In this document: in pieces, positions 1 to 13,200 of the stretch | Position numbering within the stretch: position 1 is the first letter of the stretch | How the letters are laid out: the number at the start of each line of letters is the position of its first letter | From: Antedon mediterranea | Taxonomy: Eukaryota; Animalia; Echinodermata | NCBI RefSeq assembly: GCF_964355755.1 | Contig: NC_092671.1 | Location: 26,734,070 to 26,798,069 of the forward strand | DNA: 64,000 nucleotides | Reading direction: 5' to 3' | The notes under the pieces: model-generated | What the model was told of the DNA's origin: nothing | Database searches by the model: none | The model's input: only the letters and a program-made list of their open reading frames with translations | Translations under genes and position numbers: made by a program

Positions 1-1195
1 CATTTTTATGTAAAATGTCTCATTAGAGCAAATATAAATATATATATTCTGAACCAGACTGTGCAAAAATGAACTCTCTACGATTAGTAGTTTTTAAGAT
101 ATGGTAACCCTGTAATTTCACCCTAATTTGCATATTTAAGCTAATTTGCATACCTTCGGGATGAGTGTCAGAGGTGTGATGCTCAAAAAATAATCACCTT
201 ATTATATGTAACCATTTAAAAAAAAAAAATCTCTGTTTGCAATTTGTTTCACTCAAAATGCTAGATTGACTAGCCTATACTGTTGGAAAATTGCTAAAAT
301 TATTTTCGGCGATGTTTACAGACTTTTATAATTCATTCTTTATTTTAATAAATATTTTATAAAATATCAACAGGCAATGTATGCTATTAACTGTTAATGT
401 TGCATCGTTATCCCTAGCTAGGTAGTATGCCTATATACATGTGGGCCTGGTCAAATTAGGGAGTAATTAATGCTCCTACCAACCAATATAAATTAGATAG
501 GTCCATACATATTAGTCCGGTGGCAGGAGGGGGGAATCACCACCCGAAAGGGGACAAATTGCCATCCAACTTTTCTAGACCAGAATTTTCCGTAGATTAC
601 GAATATGGAAGGTAATCGATCAGGATAGGAAGCGTTTTCGAGATATAAGGGGTCAAAGTTCAAAATTGACTATAATGTGTATAATATGTATTATAACAAA
701 TTTATTGAAGCACAATTTGGTCTTTTATTACATTTTTATGATTATAGGTATCTATTCAATCATCTTATGAAAAAAAAATCCTTTGTGATTAAGGGTCAAA
801 TGTCAATATTGACCAATCATAGAACGTACCTATAAAACCAAATAAAAACTAATATTTAATAAAAATCGGATGTTTTCTCATCCTGTTAATCAATCATACG
901 CAATGTAAAAGAGCGAATACATCATTTCATCAGTTGACATAAGGTCAATTTCATCAGTTGACATAAGGTCAAAGGTCAACATTTTAATACGCGTATTAGT
1001 TAACAAATAAATGCAAAGTTGTTATTGATGGTTTTACAAGTAATCAAATTATTGGATTAGTAAAGTTATGTTATTTCATTATAATACTGTATTTAATCAA
1101 ATCAGACTTCGATCAGGATAGGAAGCGAATAGGAAGAGATAAGGGGTCAAAGTTCAAAATTGACCAATTATAACAATGTATTATATACATATGTA

Positions 1196-2632
1196 TCTAT
1201 ATATAAATTTACGCAAGGGCAAAATTCGGTAAATCGCGCGTTATTTCTAGAATGTTTACTCGATGGTATGTAAAGTTGGTTCGTACTTTCGGTACTGATT
1301 TTAACCACTTGATGTAACCCTGTTTACTAATTAAATTGAGTTCGATAATTAGTTATTGACGATTAAAACGAATTTAGGTTCAACGATGTGCCCCAAATAG
1401 GGGTGTTTTTCGATCGTGGTATACACTGTCTAATGGATGTCCGTTTTGAAAAATACCCACAGACAATAATACGAGGATGCTTCTCATTTTCCTATCTCCT
1501 CCTACGATAATTGTTTTTAATGGCTGAAAACCGGTTGAACAGCTCGAGTACAGCATCATAATGTTGAAGACAGGCCGATTTTCTTAAAAAAATACTATTT
1601 TGATAGATTTAATATACGTTTATACAAATGTATTGATTTGCGATGAATGGAACATTCCAATCTCTGTTCCTCAAGTGTCTATTCCCTCAGGCGTCGTAAA
1701 GGCAAGTACTGTATACTCAAACAGAAATTCGATCCATTTTTTTTTCAATCTGTGCTGCAGTGGTTGGATATACATTTTGTTTTAAACGGATAATGAGCTA
1801 GAGTTTTCACTCGTCGTATATTATGTACAAATCTTTATTATTGCAATTAAACCACCCACATCATCACCCTTCTCTCACTGGCATGAGTAGCGTTGTAAAA
1901 CCAGTAGAGGATCGGTACATCACATGCCCTAAACGCAGAACAACTTTGGTGGGTAGGGTAGGAACCAACTTAAGTATGAATTGGCTCTAAGAAACAATTG
2001 AAAACCATTAGGCCTACTTATTAAGTAGAGTTAGATAATTTAATATTTATTGAAGATTAAATCGAATTTATGATTTTCCCCGAATAGAGGTGGTTTTCAC
2101 AAATTGTTTTACATTATATAAACATATACACGTCGTAGTGATGTATCGTTACATGTACTGTACTATTTCAATCGACTATGACGGTGATAGTTTCAACAAA
2201 GTATTACATCGCAATGTTTTACTGTGTTTAGTGGTATATTATTTGTAAAACATGAAAACAATTAATATTTCGTTATTAAATAGATAAAGAATATATTTAA
2301 AAATTGTTCCTCTTTGCACCCATCCTCTTCCCCCATCCCTCAACCCTAATGTTACATACAAAACACAAATTAAGTTTGTTTAAATTTGACTTAAACAATT
2401 GGTCTCATTTTGTGACAAGTTTCTCTTTCGGAAGTAATTCCCAGGGTGCTAATTTTAGTTGAGTACATAAATCACATTGTCTATTTATTCGTTCCTGTAA
2501 ACGACATGTATTTGTCCTGCGGTACGTACATTTGAAATCGCCAGTTTTTTAACGCTAAAATTATTATGTATTCGAGAACCATCTGTGGGCACGACCTAGA
2601 TGGTACGCGAGCGAAGCGAGCGTACCATCTAG
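1196..2632 (+). mobile_element. Non-autonomous Helitron
   Basis: A|TCTATATATAAA 5' end; 3' hairpin CTAGATGGTACGC...GCGTACCATCTAG|T; no TSD; paralogous empty site atatgta|ttataac at 684-697. Confidence 0.85.
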
Positions 2633-3349
2633 TTATAACCAATTTATTAAAGTTCAATTTGGTCTTTTAATACATTTGTATGGTTATATGTATTGTATGG
2701 TGTTATTCAGTCGCCTTATAAAACAAATACTTTGCAATTAAAGGTCAAATGTCAATATTGACCAATCAACCAATTTGCATTTAAAACCAAATAAAAACTA
2801 ACATTTAGGACAAAATGTTAGGTTTTATCATTCTGTTAAGACATCTATCAATCATACACAATCAAAAGAGCACATTTATCATTACACAAGTTGACATGGG
2901 TCAAAGGTCAACATTTGAATAAATGATATACTAAATAATGCAAAGTTATTCAAACTATGAGATCGATGTTCATAAATGTAATCACGTTATTTGATCAGTG
3001 AAGTTATGGTATTTTTATATTTTTTCTAGTGCGCATTATTTTAAATGTATTAATATAATAATACTGTAAAATAAATAATAAAATTAACATTATGACGATT
3101 GAAATGTTATGATGTTAAAATGTTGCGCTGACCTTCAATGATTTGCCACTATACAGTTGCATTTATTAGGGCTACGATATTCGTTTTTGGAAAATAAACT
3201 ACTATTCATCAGAACCAGAGAATAGCATAGCCAAATCCAGGTGGCCAAACTCAATCCACAACTCACTACACAGACAGACCACAATTTTTATATAGTTTGG
3301 CCCATACAGGAAAGAGTTTCCTGTATACAAAGGATTCTAAAATAACCTA

Positions 3350-4375
3350 TATGGATTTGCCCGAATGAACCCTCTAAGGACCCTTTTGGGATCTCTATGT
3401 GGTGTGCTACATAAGGCCCTGTATTAGAATTTAGTATGGGGTAAATAATTCATAGATGAACTATGGAATAAAACTAAATGTGCACCCTCAATCTTTAAAT
3501 AACATTTATGGATTTGCCCAAATGAACCCAAGGGCCGGTCGTTCTCCATGGATGGACATTAAGCCCCATAATGGAAATATAAATAAGGGGTGACACTGTG
3601 AGTTCATATAGACAGGCGCGGCCCATGAATTAAGCTGCCTGTGCACTCTCGATCCTTAAGAAAAATTTATGGATTTGCCCAAATTAACCCAAGGGCCGGT
3701 CCTCCATGGACATTAAGCCCCATAATGGAAATATAATGGGTGACACTGTGGGTTTATATAGACAGGCAGAACCATGGAATAAAGCTGCCTGTGCACTCTC
3801 GATCCTTAAGGAACACTTATGGATTTGCACAAATTAACCCAAGGGCCGATCCTCCATGGATGGACATTAAGCCCCATAATGGACATATAATGGGTGACAA
3901 TGTGGGTTCATAATAGACAGGCGGGGTCCATGGAATAAAGCTGCCTTGCACTCTCGATCCTTAACGAACACTTATGGATTTGCCCAAATTAACCCAAGGG
4001 CTGGTCATCCATGGACATTAAGCCTCATAATGGAAATATTATAAGGGGTGACAATGTGGGTTTATATAGACAGGCACATGGAATAAAGCTGCCTGTGCAC
4101 TCTCAATCCTTAAGGAACTGATTTAGATTTTGCCTAAAATGAAACAACAGCAGGTCATCTATTTAGAGCCTTCTGTGGTTCTCTATTGTATGTTCAGTTC
4201 TACATTTGGCTCCTGTATCGGATCAATGCATTTGGCTACATAAGTTACTGTGTTAGAAATATATCGGGTAACTAAAACTGTAGGTTCCAATATTAAGCCA
4301 TGGGAAAAGCCTGTCTGTGCACCCTCAATCCTTTTAAAAGGAACCCATATGGATTTGCCAAAATGAACCAAGGGT
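3350..4375. repeat. ~150-160-bp degenerate tandem repeat, about 6-7 units
   Basis: Recurring ATGGATTTGCCCAAATTAACCCAAGGG...TGCACTCTCGATCCTTAAG near 3352, 3508, 3669, 3819, 3975 and 4349. Confidence 0.85.
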
Positions 4376-5154
4376 AACTTCTGAATTCTCTATGAGCCGT
4401 ACATTCCGTTTATTGGAGATACATGGATACCTGATTGAAATTGCTCAAAAGAAAGACATTGTACTGTATAGTAATAGTATTATTCCCCTTCCACACCTCT
4501 TTGAATTAAATCCGCCCTGATAGGCTCTTATGTACAGGATTTCAAGGCAATAATCACACTTGTATTTTTCAAACAGTATAATCTATTAGATTGAATAAAA
4601 ATATCTATTATAAACAATTTGCCGTTAGAAATCTCTATGCCATATCGTTATTTAGATGAGAAAAACAGGTCAAAGGTTAAAATTACAGAAAAATAGGTGT
4701 TTCAGTCACTTTTTGAAAAAAATGTTGCATTATGGCAAGTATAAATATATATATTGTGAACAATTTAACACCAAAATTGGCTCCTTACGACAAATATTTA
4801 TTAATTTATGTTTTTATAACCTTATTCAATTATGTCAAAGGTTAATAACTACACTTCCGGTCATTTTCAAGCAATATCATCTGTTATACTGAATATAAAT
4901 GTATATCTTGGGAACAATTTGCTCCTATTTTTAATTCTCTCCGACCTGCCGTTACTTAGATATAGCAAAAAGAGGTCAAAGGTCAAAATTGCTAACAATG
5001 GGGTTTCCGGTCAATTTTCCAAAGAAAGTTCTGTTAGAGCTAATATAAACATATACAATGTGAAAAATTTGACACCAAAATTATCTCACTACGTCCAGAA
5101 TTACCAGAGATATAGCATGTTTTTATATTGGTCAATTTTGAACTTTGACCCTTT

Positions 5155-5602
5155 ATATCTCGAAAACGCTTCCTATCCTGATCGATTACCTTCCATATTC
5201 GTAATCTACGGAAAATTCTGGTCTAGAAAAGTTGGATGGCAATTTGTCCCCTTTCGGGTGGTGATATCCCCCCCTCCTGCCACCGGACTATATACTGTAG
5301 TTTAGTTTATGATTGTATTTTTGCTCTGTACAGTAGGTCAGATATTTAAACAAAATATTTAGTACTGATTGAGTGATCATATCTCGAAAACGCTTCCTAT
5401 CCTGATCGATTACCTTCCATATTCGTAATCTACGGAAAATTCTGGTCTAGAAAAGTTGGATGGCAATTTGTCCCCTTTCGGGTGGTGATATCCCCCCCTC
5501 CTGCCACCGGACTATATACTGTAGTTTAGTTTATGATTGTATTTTTGCTCTGTACAGTAGGTCAGATATTTAAACAAAATATTTAGTACTGATTGAGTGA
5601 TC
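5155..5602. repeat. Perfect 224-bp tandem duplication of the right TIR plus flank
   Basis: 5155-5378 is repeated at 5379-5602. Confidence 0.9.
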
Positions 5603-6124
5603 AAAAATAATTGATATAATAAACCATTTCCTATATCTGAAGAAAGAACAATGATTAAAATTGTTAGTCAAAAAGTCGAATTGAAATATTTCTTGTTTAC
5701 TATGCCCCGATGAAAGGCAGTAAATATTTATTTAACATGGACTTGGTTGGAGTAGGCCTGGCTACAGTAGTGGCACAGTTTCGCTGCGAAGATGCAAACA
5801 TCAACAATATGCAATAAATATTCCCAAAGCATACTTTATTTGTTTCTTCATATTTTAATTCACTAAATCCTCTAAGTCAATACATCGTAGGCTAGGGCTA
5901 GCTACATGCAATCGTCACGTCGCTGTGACAGAAATGCGCAGTTTAGCAAGTCTATAGTTCTAGGGCATGGCAATAACTATAGACCGGCCATTAACCAATC
6001 AGATGTCACGAATTGAAAGGTGCTGGTGTATATACAATCTGTTTTTTTAAGTATGGTAATAAGGTATTTTAGTCTGGTTTATATAAAGTATAAAAATAGT
6101 CACTGTTGTATGTTAATTCTGTAG

Positions 6125-6257
6125 GAAATGGCAGAGGTAGCTTCATTCCAGTCCAAAGCACTGGAAGCGCAACAGATATCTAGGGAAAAGGAAGTGATGT
6201 CACTACGACAACAACTATTGGACATACAAACCCAGAGCGATGAAAAAGCTATCATCG
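6125..6257 (+). CDS. CEP290: CEP290 internal coding exon (1st in window)
   Basis: tgtag|GAA...ATCG|gtaagt; EMAEVASFQSKALEAQQISREKEVMSLRQQLLDIQTQSDEKAII, resembles the CEP290 coiled-coil SREKEV...QSDEK segment; ends phase 1. Confidence 0.9.
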
Positions 6258-6696
6258 GTAAGTATATTGATATCTATTGTGTAAAGGAAGCCATGCTACA
6301 AATAATTTCATGAGGTGAAAATAAAAACATTTCATCTTAGAATGAATTAAATTATTTGTACCATTGCACAACATTTAGTTTTTGAGAAGCAAGTCAAGGC
6401 CTAATTTTGAAGGTGGATTAGAACAATTAGAGATGACATGATACTACTAAAGGTTTATTTTTTCGAACAGCGCCATGGTTGGTCTTGTGTAAGAATGAAT
6501 ATGCTGCATATAATGAAATTCAACTAGAATGTAACAAAATTCTATGAACACATAGAGTAGTCATTAAATATATCATGTGACCCACAATTCTCCAATCAAA
6601 TGACAAGAATCTACTTAGGTGCAGTGTGTTATAATATAACCTCCCCTCAATGTTTGGCTGTTTTAAAAATCTATGTTATGATTTCTATTGTTCAAG

Positions 6697-6899
6697 GTAA
6701 ACTGCACCATCATATAGTAGCCCTTCAAGTGAGTGAGGGTACTGCTGTACGTAAGCTAGAGTCATCAGTTTCCAAGATCAGAAAGATGGAAGCTCACCTG
6801 CTGCGACTTGAACAACAACTAGATGAGAAAGAACAATCCCTGTATCATACCAAAGTGGATGCTAGAAATAAGTCTAAACATCTTAAAAGGACCATTCAG
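6697..6899 (+). CDS. CEP290: CEP290 exon
   Basis: caag|GT...CAG|gtaggt; (G)KLHHHIVALQVSEGTAVRKL...KHLKRTIQ; phase matches the previous exon. Confidence 0.9.
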
Positions 6900-7224
6900 G
6901 TAGGTTTGAGCAAGGAAATCCAACAACAGGACACTGAGCTTGCCTTGCCAAGATAAGAACTCGTAACAGTCCTAGAAGTATGCATGCCTAATTAAACAAA
7001 TTACTGCACAAGATTTTTTTATGTTATTGATAACATACAAATATTTGTGAATGATCATAAACTAAAAGCATTTTTCAATGAAACTTAATATCAAGGCTCA
7101 ACTTCTTGTAATGTATTTGTGCAATTCTGTCGTAAAGGCAGTGGCTCTGGAATTGCTGATGTGATATAAAATGAGCTGTGTAAACTTCTCTATTATTTGT
7201 CAATTAGTTACTTTTTTATTGTAG

Positions 7225-7338
7225 GAGCTTCGTCGGCAGTTTAGTGGCGCGATTCCTCTTAGTGAGCAAGATAAATTCTCTAAAGCAATGATACAAATGA
7301 GGCAAGACAAAGAACGTATGGACCAAGAATTGAAAATG
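7225..7338 (+). CDS. CEP290: CEP290 exon
   Basis: gtag|GAG...ATG|gtaagg; ELRRQFSGAIPLSEQDKFSKAMIQMRQDK, close to the recalled vertebrate CEP290 LRRQFSGALPLAQQEKFSK. Confidence 0.93.
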
Positions 7339-7471
7339 GTAAGGCTTTTTATCACATTCCTTTTTTTTACTGTGCCTATATATGAAATATACGCAGAATC
7401 CTAGTATGTGCAAGCAGGCAGTACAGTGCCACTATTACTATGCTATTGAATATCACCACTTTTCACATCAG

Positions 7472-7666
7472 ATTGCCTTTGAGAAAGAGAAGGTTGAAGA
7501 AAAAGTTGCTCAGTTAGAGGTTGGCAACAAAGGTTTGCAAGAATTGATGGCAACCCTTATGGATGGCAAAGGTGCTGGTAAGGTTGCAGAATGGCATACG
7601 AAGATCCAGCAGATGAGACTTCAGGATCTTAAGAACTCGCGCCAGATTAATCGTCTTAAAGAACAG
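7472..7666 (+). CDS. CEP290: CEP290 exon
   Basis: atcag|ATT...CAG|gtaaga; IAFEKEKVEEK...GKGAGKVAEWHTKIQQMRLQDLK...EQ; 195 nt in frame. Confidence 0.9.
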
Positions 7667-8255
7667 GTAAGAGGGTTTTGATATTCATTGGTATTTCATC
7701 ACTGTATCATTTGTTTTAACAAATGAGGGAATATGAATCAGAATCAGTGGTACAAATGACTAAAGAAAGATTAGAAGCCATTTTATTTCACAAAATTGGT
7801 CTAAGGGGATGTGATTCAACTTAAAACTATAGTATAATGGTAGGGGAAATCTGTTTAGCATGCGAGTGGCATGAGAGACCTGTATGTGCCACATTGCTTG
7901 TATCCTTAGATAAAGCTTTTGCCTTGTGTACATACAACGCATTCTGAAGGACTTCTTCCATTTAGGAGTAAACGTCATTGTTAAATAATCTTAGTTTTAA
8001 ATTCAAAGTTATTTTAAACACTTGGCACTAATTAATAATTAGAAAAGTGTAGGGGATCTATTGCAGTGTGCTGATCATGGTAGCCACTGTGGTGGGCCTA
8101 ATCTGAATACAATTGATTTGTCTTTTACCACAGTACAATTTCACAGTGTTGATTATTGGTCAATATTTGTCATAGAGATTAGGATTTAAAAAATGTGTGA
8201 ATTTTTTGTGAGGTGTTTGCAATTTTGTTTCATAAGTATTATTTTATTCCTGCAG

Positions 8256-8444
8256 TTGAAGTATAATGAAGGACTTAATACAACGCATGAAAGAACAGTT
8301 GCAAACCTTGAAGAAGACATTGTCCGCATTCAGAGGGAAGCTGAAGAAAAGCAGCTGCTTTGGGAGCAAAGAGAAGTTGAGCTGGAGAGGATTATTGATA
8401 GTCTGGAAAAGCAACAGAAAGCCATGGCTAATGCAGCTCTCAGA
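8256..8444 (+). CDS. CEP290: CEP290 exon
   Basis: tgcag|TTG...AGA|gtaagt; LKYNEGL...QLLWEQREVELERII...; 189 nt. Confidence 0.9.
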
Positions 8445-9034
8445 GTAAGTTGCCTCTAATTAAGTGTCTGTGTGCTACTGGTAAGATCTGTATACTGACT
8501 CGCCAAGTGGTTTTTGTCAGTGATGTCTTTGACTTCTTGGTTGTATTTCCCTCATACAGTAATATAATACAGATAAAACATATAGGTAATACTTTCTACA
8601 TTTTATTCATATTTGAATATTGTGCATGTTTCATGTGACAAATAAAACTGTAAATATCATCTTCTGTTAGTTTGTAAATCCTCCAAATCCTCCCACGATA
8701 TTTTGTGTTTCCCACAAAGTTCATGAATTAACAATTTACAAAATACAGAGAAGTAAAAAACAACTTGTTTTTCCCATTTTAATTGTTTATTTATTTAACT
8801 TTGTTTTACTGGGATCTCTAACAGATGTACTATAGCAATACAGCTGACTTAAACAGACCCTCAGTACAAAAAATATACAATATACCAACCAATCTTCAAA
8901 TTACATACAGATTCATAAATAAAACAAAATATCAATATAATGTAGAAATTATTAACTATATTTTTTATCTCTATTAAAATACAGATGATTAAAAACAATG
9001 AATGAATAACTATTTTCAATTTCTATTTCTGTAG

Positions 9035-9169
9035 TTTGAAGAGGCAACAGGATCCATGCCTGATCCTACCTTACCAGTAGCCAACCAGCTTGAACATGCA
9101 CTTAGAACTATAAAACAACATGTCAAAACTATTTTGGATACTCGAGCAGAAAATAAAGGACTCCAGAAG
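9035..9169 (+). CDS. CEP290: CEP290 exon
   Basis: gtag|TTT...AAG|gtaagt; FEEATGSMPDPTLPVANQLEHALRTIK, matches the recalled CEP290 FEEATGSIPDPSLPLPNQLE motif. Confidence 0.93.
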
Positions 9170-9919
9170 GTAAGTCATAAAATTAACACTCTATACATTG
9201 AAAGCTATTCAAGGGACTCTTATATTCAAGGGACACTCTTATTGAAGGGACACCCAATGGACACACTTTCCTGTGAAACACACAAGGGACAATATTTGTG
9301 CACCTTTCAGGGGACACACCCATTAAGAAGATACATGTTGAATCCCAAATATGTCCACAAAATACAAGTTCTACTACTGTATACCAATGCAATTTGAAAT
9401 GGTTTATATTTAAGATATTTAATAGCATTTACAATAAAATATTGTATACTGCCCTCTATATCAAATATTATAATTACTGTATACTGTACTGTATTTAAAA
9501 ATTATTATAGCAGTGTAATTTTTAGTATAAGATGAGAGTGGTAGGTAATGTGGGAAGGGATTGATTGGAGGAGATTTTTTTTTTTAATTCTTGGTTTGAT
9601 TTGTGTAATATTTGTAGAAAAAATGTGTAGGAAGTCTTGATCTCTTGTACATATACAAATACTTGTATATATTGAAATGTAGTATAACAGATATTATTTT
9701 ATGTATATATTTATATGGCTGTCTGTCTGTTTTCATGTAGTTAAACACACCTTAGTTTCTAGATTTTCTAGGCCAAGTTCAACCACAACCAAAAAATACT
9801 AAAAATGTTTCCCAACTGTTAATTTTAATATATTTATATAGCCAGTATTACAAACAATGTTGTCTCACGCGCTTAATAATAAGTTTAAAGCTAACCCAAT
9901 ACATCTCATTTTTCTACAG

Positions 9920-10207
9920 AATCTGAACAGTATTGAAAAACAATTGGCCAGGACTGAAGACAATCTTCTTGCGAGAGACAAAGTAATCAATGAACTTCGT
10001 CTACGGCTTCCAGCTTCGGCAGAGAGAGATGAGATTATTAAAGATCAGATGGCAGAAGGAGTGCGATATCAGCACATCGACGAAGCTTGCCAACACAAAC
10101 AAGCCTTAAAGGTTGCTCAGGCTCAGATGGAATCTTTACAAGCACGTATTCAGCAGAAGGAAGATGCTATTCAGAAGTACATGGATCTGTTAGATCAGTC
10201 TCGAAGA
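9920..10207 (+). CDS. CEP290: CEP290 exon
   Basis: tacag|AAT...AGA|gtaagt; ...NLLARDKVINELRLRLPA...QARIQQKEDAIQKY; 288 nt. Confidence 0.92.
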
Positions 10208-13200
10208 GTAAGTGGTTTTTCTTTTGCTCTCTCTAGCTAATTCTCGGTACTGTATCTATAAATTGTACAGTTACGTATGCAAATTCAAAGATGCCTGTAT
10301 CGTAATAACATAATACAGGTGCCATATGAAGCCATATGTGGAGAGACTGTACAGACAATCTGGTTATCTCTCAAAATATTTAAAAAAAACTGATCATCTC
10401 ATTGTAGCATCTTCTTGTCCAGTCTTCTGAGAATGTGTCTTCTTAGTGAAAGAGAAACTTGAGAAAAAAATATTTGTAGAAAAAGAAAATAATAGGGTTA
10501 AAATACTTATTTAACATTAATGACCATTCAGTAAAAAAAATGAGATAAATATTTGTATATTTAAATTTAAAAAGTAAGCTCTTTCAACAAATAACTGCCC
10601 AACCTCAGTTGTAAACTGAAATTTACAATTTTAGTATGAATTTATATGCATTGTATGTCATTTTTCTTTGTTTTTAAAATGGGTTAAACTCAACTAGACA
10701 GATCTATTTTTAACCTCAACTTGCCATACCTGTTACTATGTAATTATGGAATTGATGTTTGTTGATGTGACATGGTGGGACCAAACCCTATTACTCACAC
10801 AGGTGATTTCATCCCATACTCTCCCAGATACACGGTGTTACTTTTTTTCACGCTGCTGCTTTAGCCCGCTACGTCCCAGGAGGATGACTCATTTATAAGC
10901 TGAAAGCAAGCAGCAGTTATAGTATCTAAGGCAGTTTGCGACTTTGTAAACTCCGCTACAATGTATAAATCCCAGCTGCTGGACCCAAGAAATGTCTGGG
11001 AAAAGAGAGTCTATGAGGGCTCACGGTTGAATGTTTTTGGATTCTTTCCCTTTGATTAGTTGACACGAATCAACAGACTGTGGAATAATTTTCTCGGTTG
11101 TACCGCCATGAAGTTACGTTGTCTCTAGAGGGTATTCAGTGGCATGCCTTGAGGTCACACACACACACACAGCACATTGATTTGATTTGAATTTATTAGG
11201 AAAATCATCATAAAATATACAGACAAAGTGATAACATAAAGTACTGACATTACAAATAATACATTTATAAAAGATTTTCCAGGAAAGCCCAAAAAGCATT
11301 AAAGTTCAAAATGGACCATTTTTAAATGGGCATGTGATTCATAATTAAAAAACTATCTTTGATTTGTATGTATTTTTGCGATTAAAGGACATCTTTTTAA
11401 TAATTAATCATAAATATATGTAAAGAAAGAATATGATTAATTTTAAAATGTTGAGCGGCGTTTTTTGTAAGAAATATTTCTTGTTTACAATTACTGTTAT
11501 TGCCCTTTACACAAAATTTACAAGATATATAAGAGTGAGCCCTCTTCAGACGTCATGTATATAATACTATACTAAACTACCCATAGATTTTACACTATTG
11601 TCGACTAGGTAGAAGCATAGTGATTCCAATATAAGCGGAGACTAAGCAAAAAGGCCGTTGTACGTCTGTTCCAGTAAGAAGATATAAATCCGAACACAAA
11701 TTCTTAAAGCATTGTGAAGTTTTTATAAACATTAATTATTATTGTTAATCGCAATGAAATGAATAATATCTTTCACATTTTTGCATACAAGGATCGTATA
11801 GAATACGTTCTGTTGTTTATAATGTATGATCAAGCTGCAATGCAGACGTACTGTAGTATTGCGTAACTGTTCAATGGGTGTGACTAGAACATTGAATTAT
11901 TGATTGCTGCAGCCATATTTATTAGCCAATCTAATCTAATAATACCTCTCTATGGTAATACCCTGTAATACTATATATGGAGATCAACAGAGAAACAACA
12001 TCCTTATTTGAAAAAGATCATGTATCAGAATGAATCATGTAACTTTAGTAAATTCTATGGAATTTGGAAAATGTATTAAAATATCATATGTTCTACATTC
12101 AATGAATTAACCTCCATATTCTCTGAAATCAAACAACTAACCAAATATTAAACATTTCTGGTTTACAATTTATTATTACTGTATTTAGCTGCAAAAACAT
12201 TTTTTTTTTTAATGAAAGGTTAACTGGGTGTGTTGTTATAACATCCATCCAGGATCTATTTAAATCTTGTATTGCCTTTATACCTTCCTCCTGATCTATT
12301 GCCGATTCTTTTAAATAAACAAATTCTCAAGCTCTTCCATTGAAAAAACTGCTATTTGCTGTAAAACAGCAACAGAGCCACCCAGTTATGTTTTCAACAG
12401 GTATTAGTGGGGTTCACATGGAACGATGTCTAGAAGAAGTGGATTTAACAATTTTCTACTAACTGGACTAACCTTGACAAATCCCGTTCTTTGGCACAAT
12501 TATGTCTAGTTAATTCAATTTCATAAAAACCTGGTATTGAAGATTTTAAATACTATTTTATGTATAAAATCATCTCTTCTTTTATTTATCCTGTATGTTG
12601 TTTACTTTTAACTTAACTTGATTACCAATTAATCATTTGTTAAATTTTGTATACTTTTTTTATATACTTTTCAGTATAGTAAATATTGTAGGCCTACCAT
12701 CTTCTCTTATATCTATTAGACCTCTGTTCCTCATCAGACATAGTTCATTAAATTTTTTAGGACATTTTACGGTAGTACACAATGAAGAATAACCATATTC
12801 TTTGCAATTTAAATGTAAAATATGAAAATTCTTCAATTGGGTTAAAAAATTCTTTAATTTCATTGGTGCAAATGAGACTGAAGGTCACCTGCTGGGTTGT
12901 TAATTGGATTACCCTCATAAAATAACTGGCTATCCTTGGATTTAGTTCTAAATCCAAGCAGCAATTATTGTCCAGAAAAAAACCATCATCCGGACATAAT
13001 TGAGCGTTCACATCCAAATTATGGCGAGATCATATAGATAATCTAGTTAAATTAACTAGCCATAGTTCGATGTGAACGCCACTATTGACCGGAATTTATT
13101 TCAACATATTTATTTGATTTCTGTAGTTAAAAAATAATACAGACTAAATTGTGATTTGTTTAATATTCTGTAGGCCTAGTATAAACCGGCCTTGAGGAGA

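Larger units (their letters stand above)
515..5288. mobile_element. 4.8-kb non-autonomous TIR DNA transposon, TA-flanked
   Basis: ~155-bp near-perfect inverted repeats GTCCGGTGGCAGGAGGGGGG... (515-670 vs ~5130-5288); TA on both sides; no transposase ORF. Confidence 0.75.

Noticed and set aside
4832-5305. 157-aa ORF
   Set aside because: Runs through a transposon TIR and has no recognisable domain
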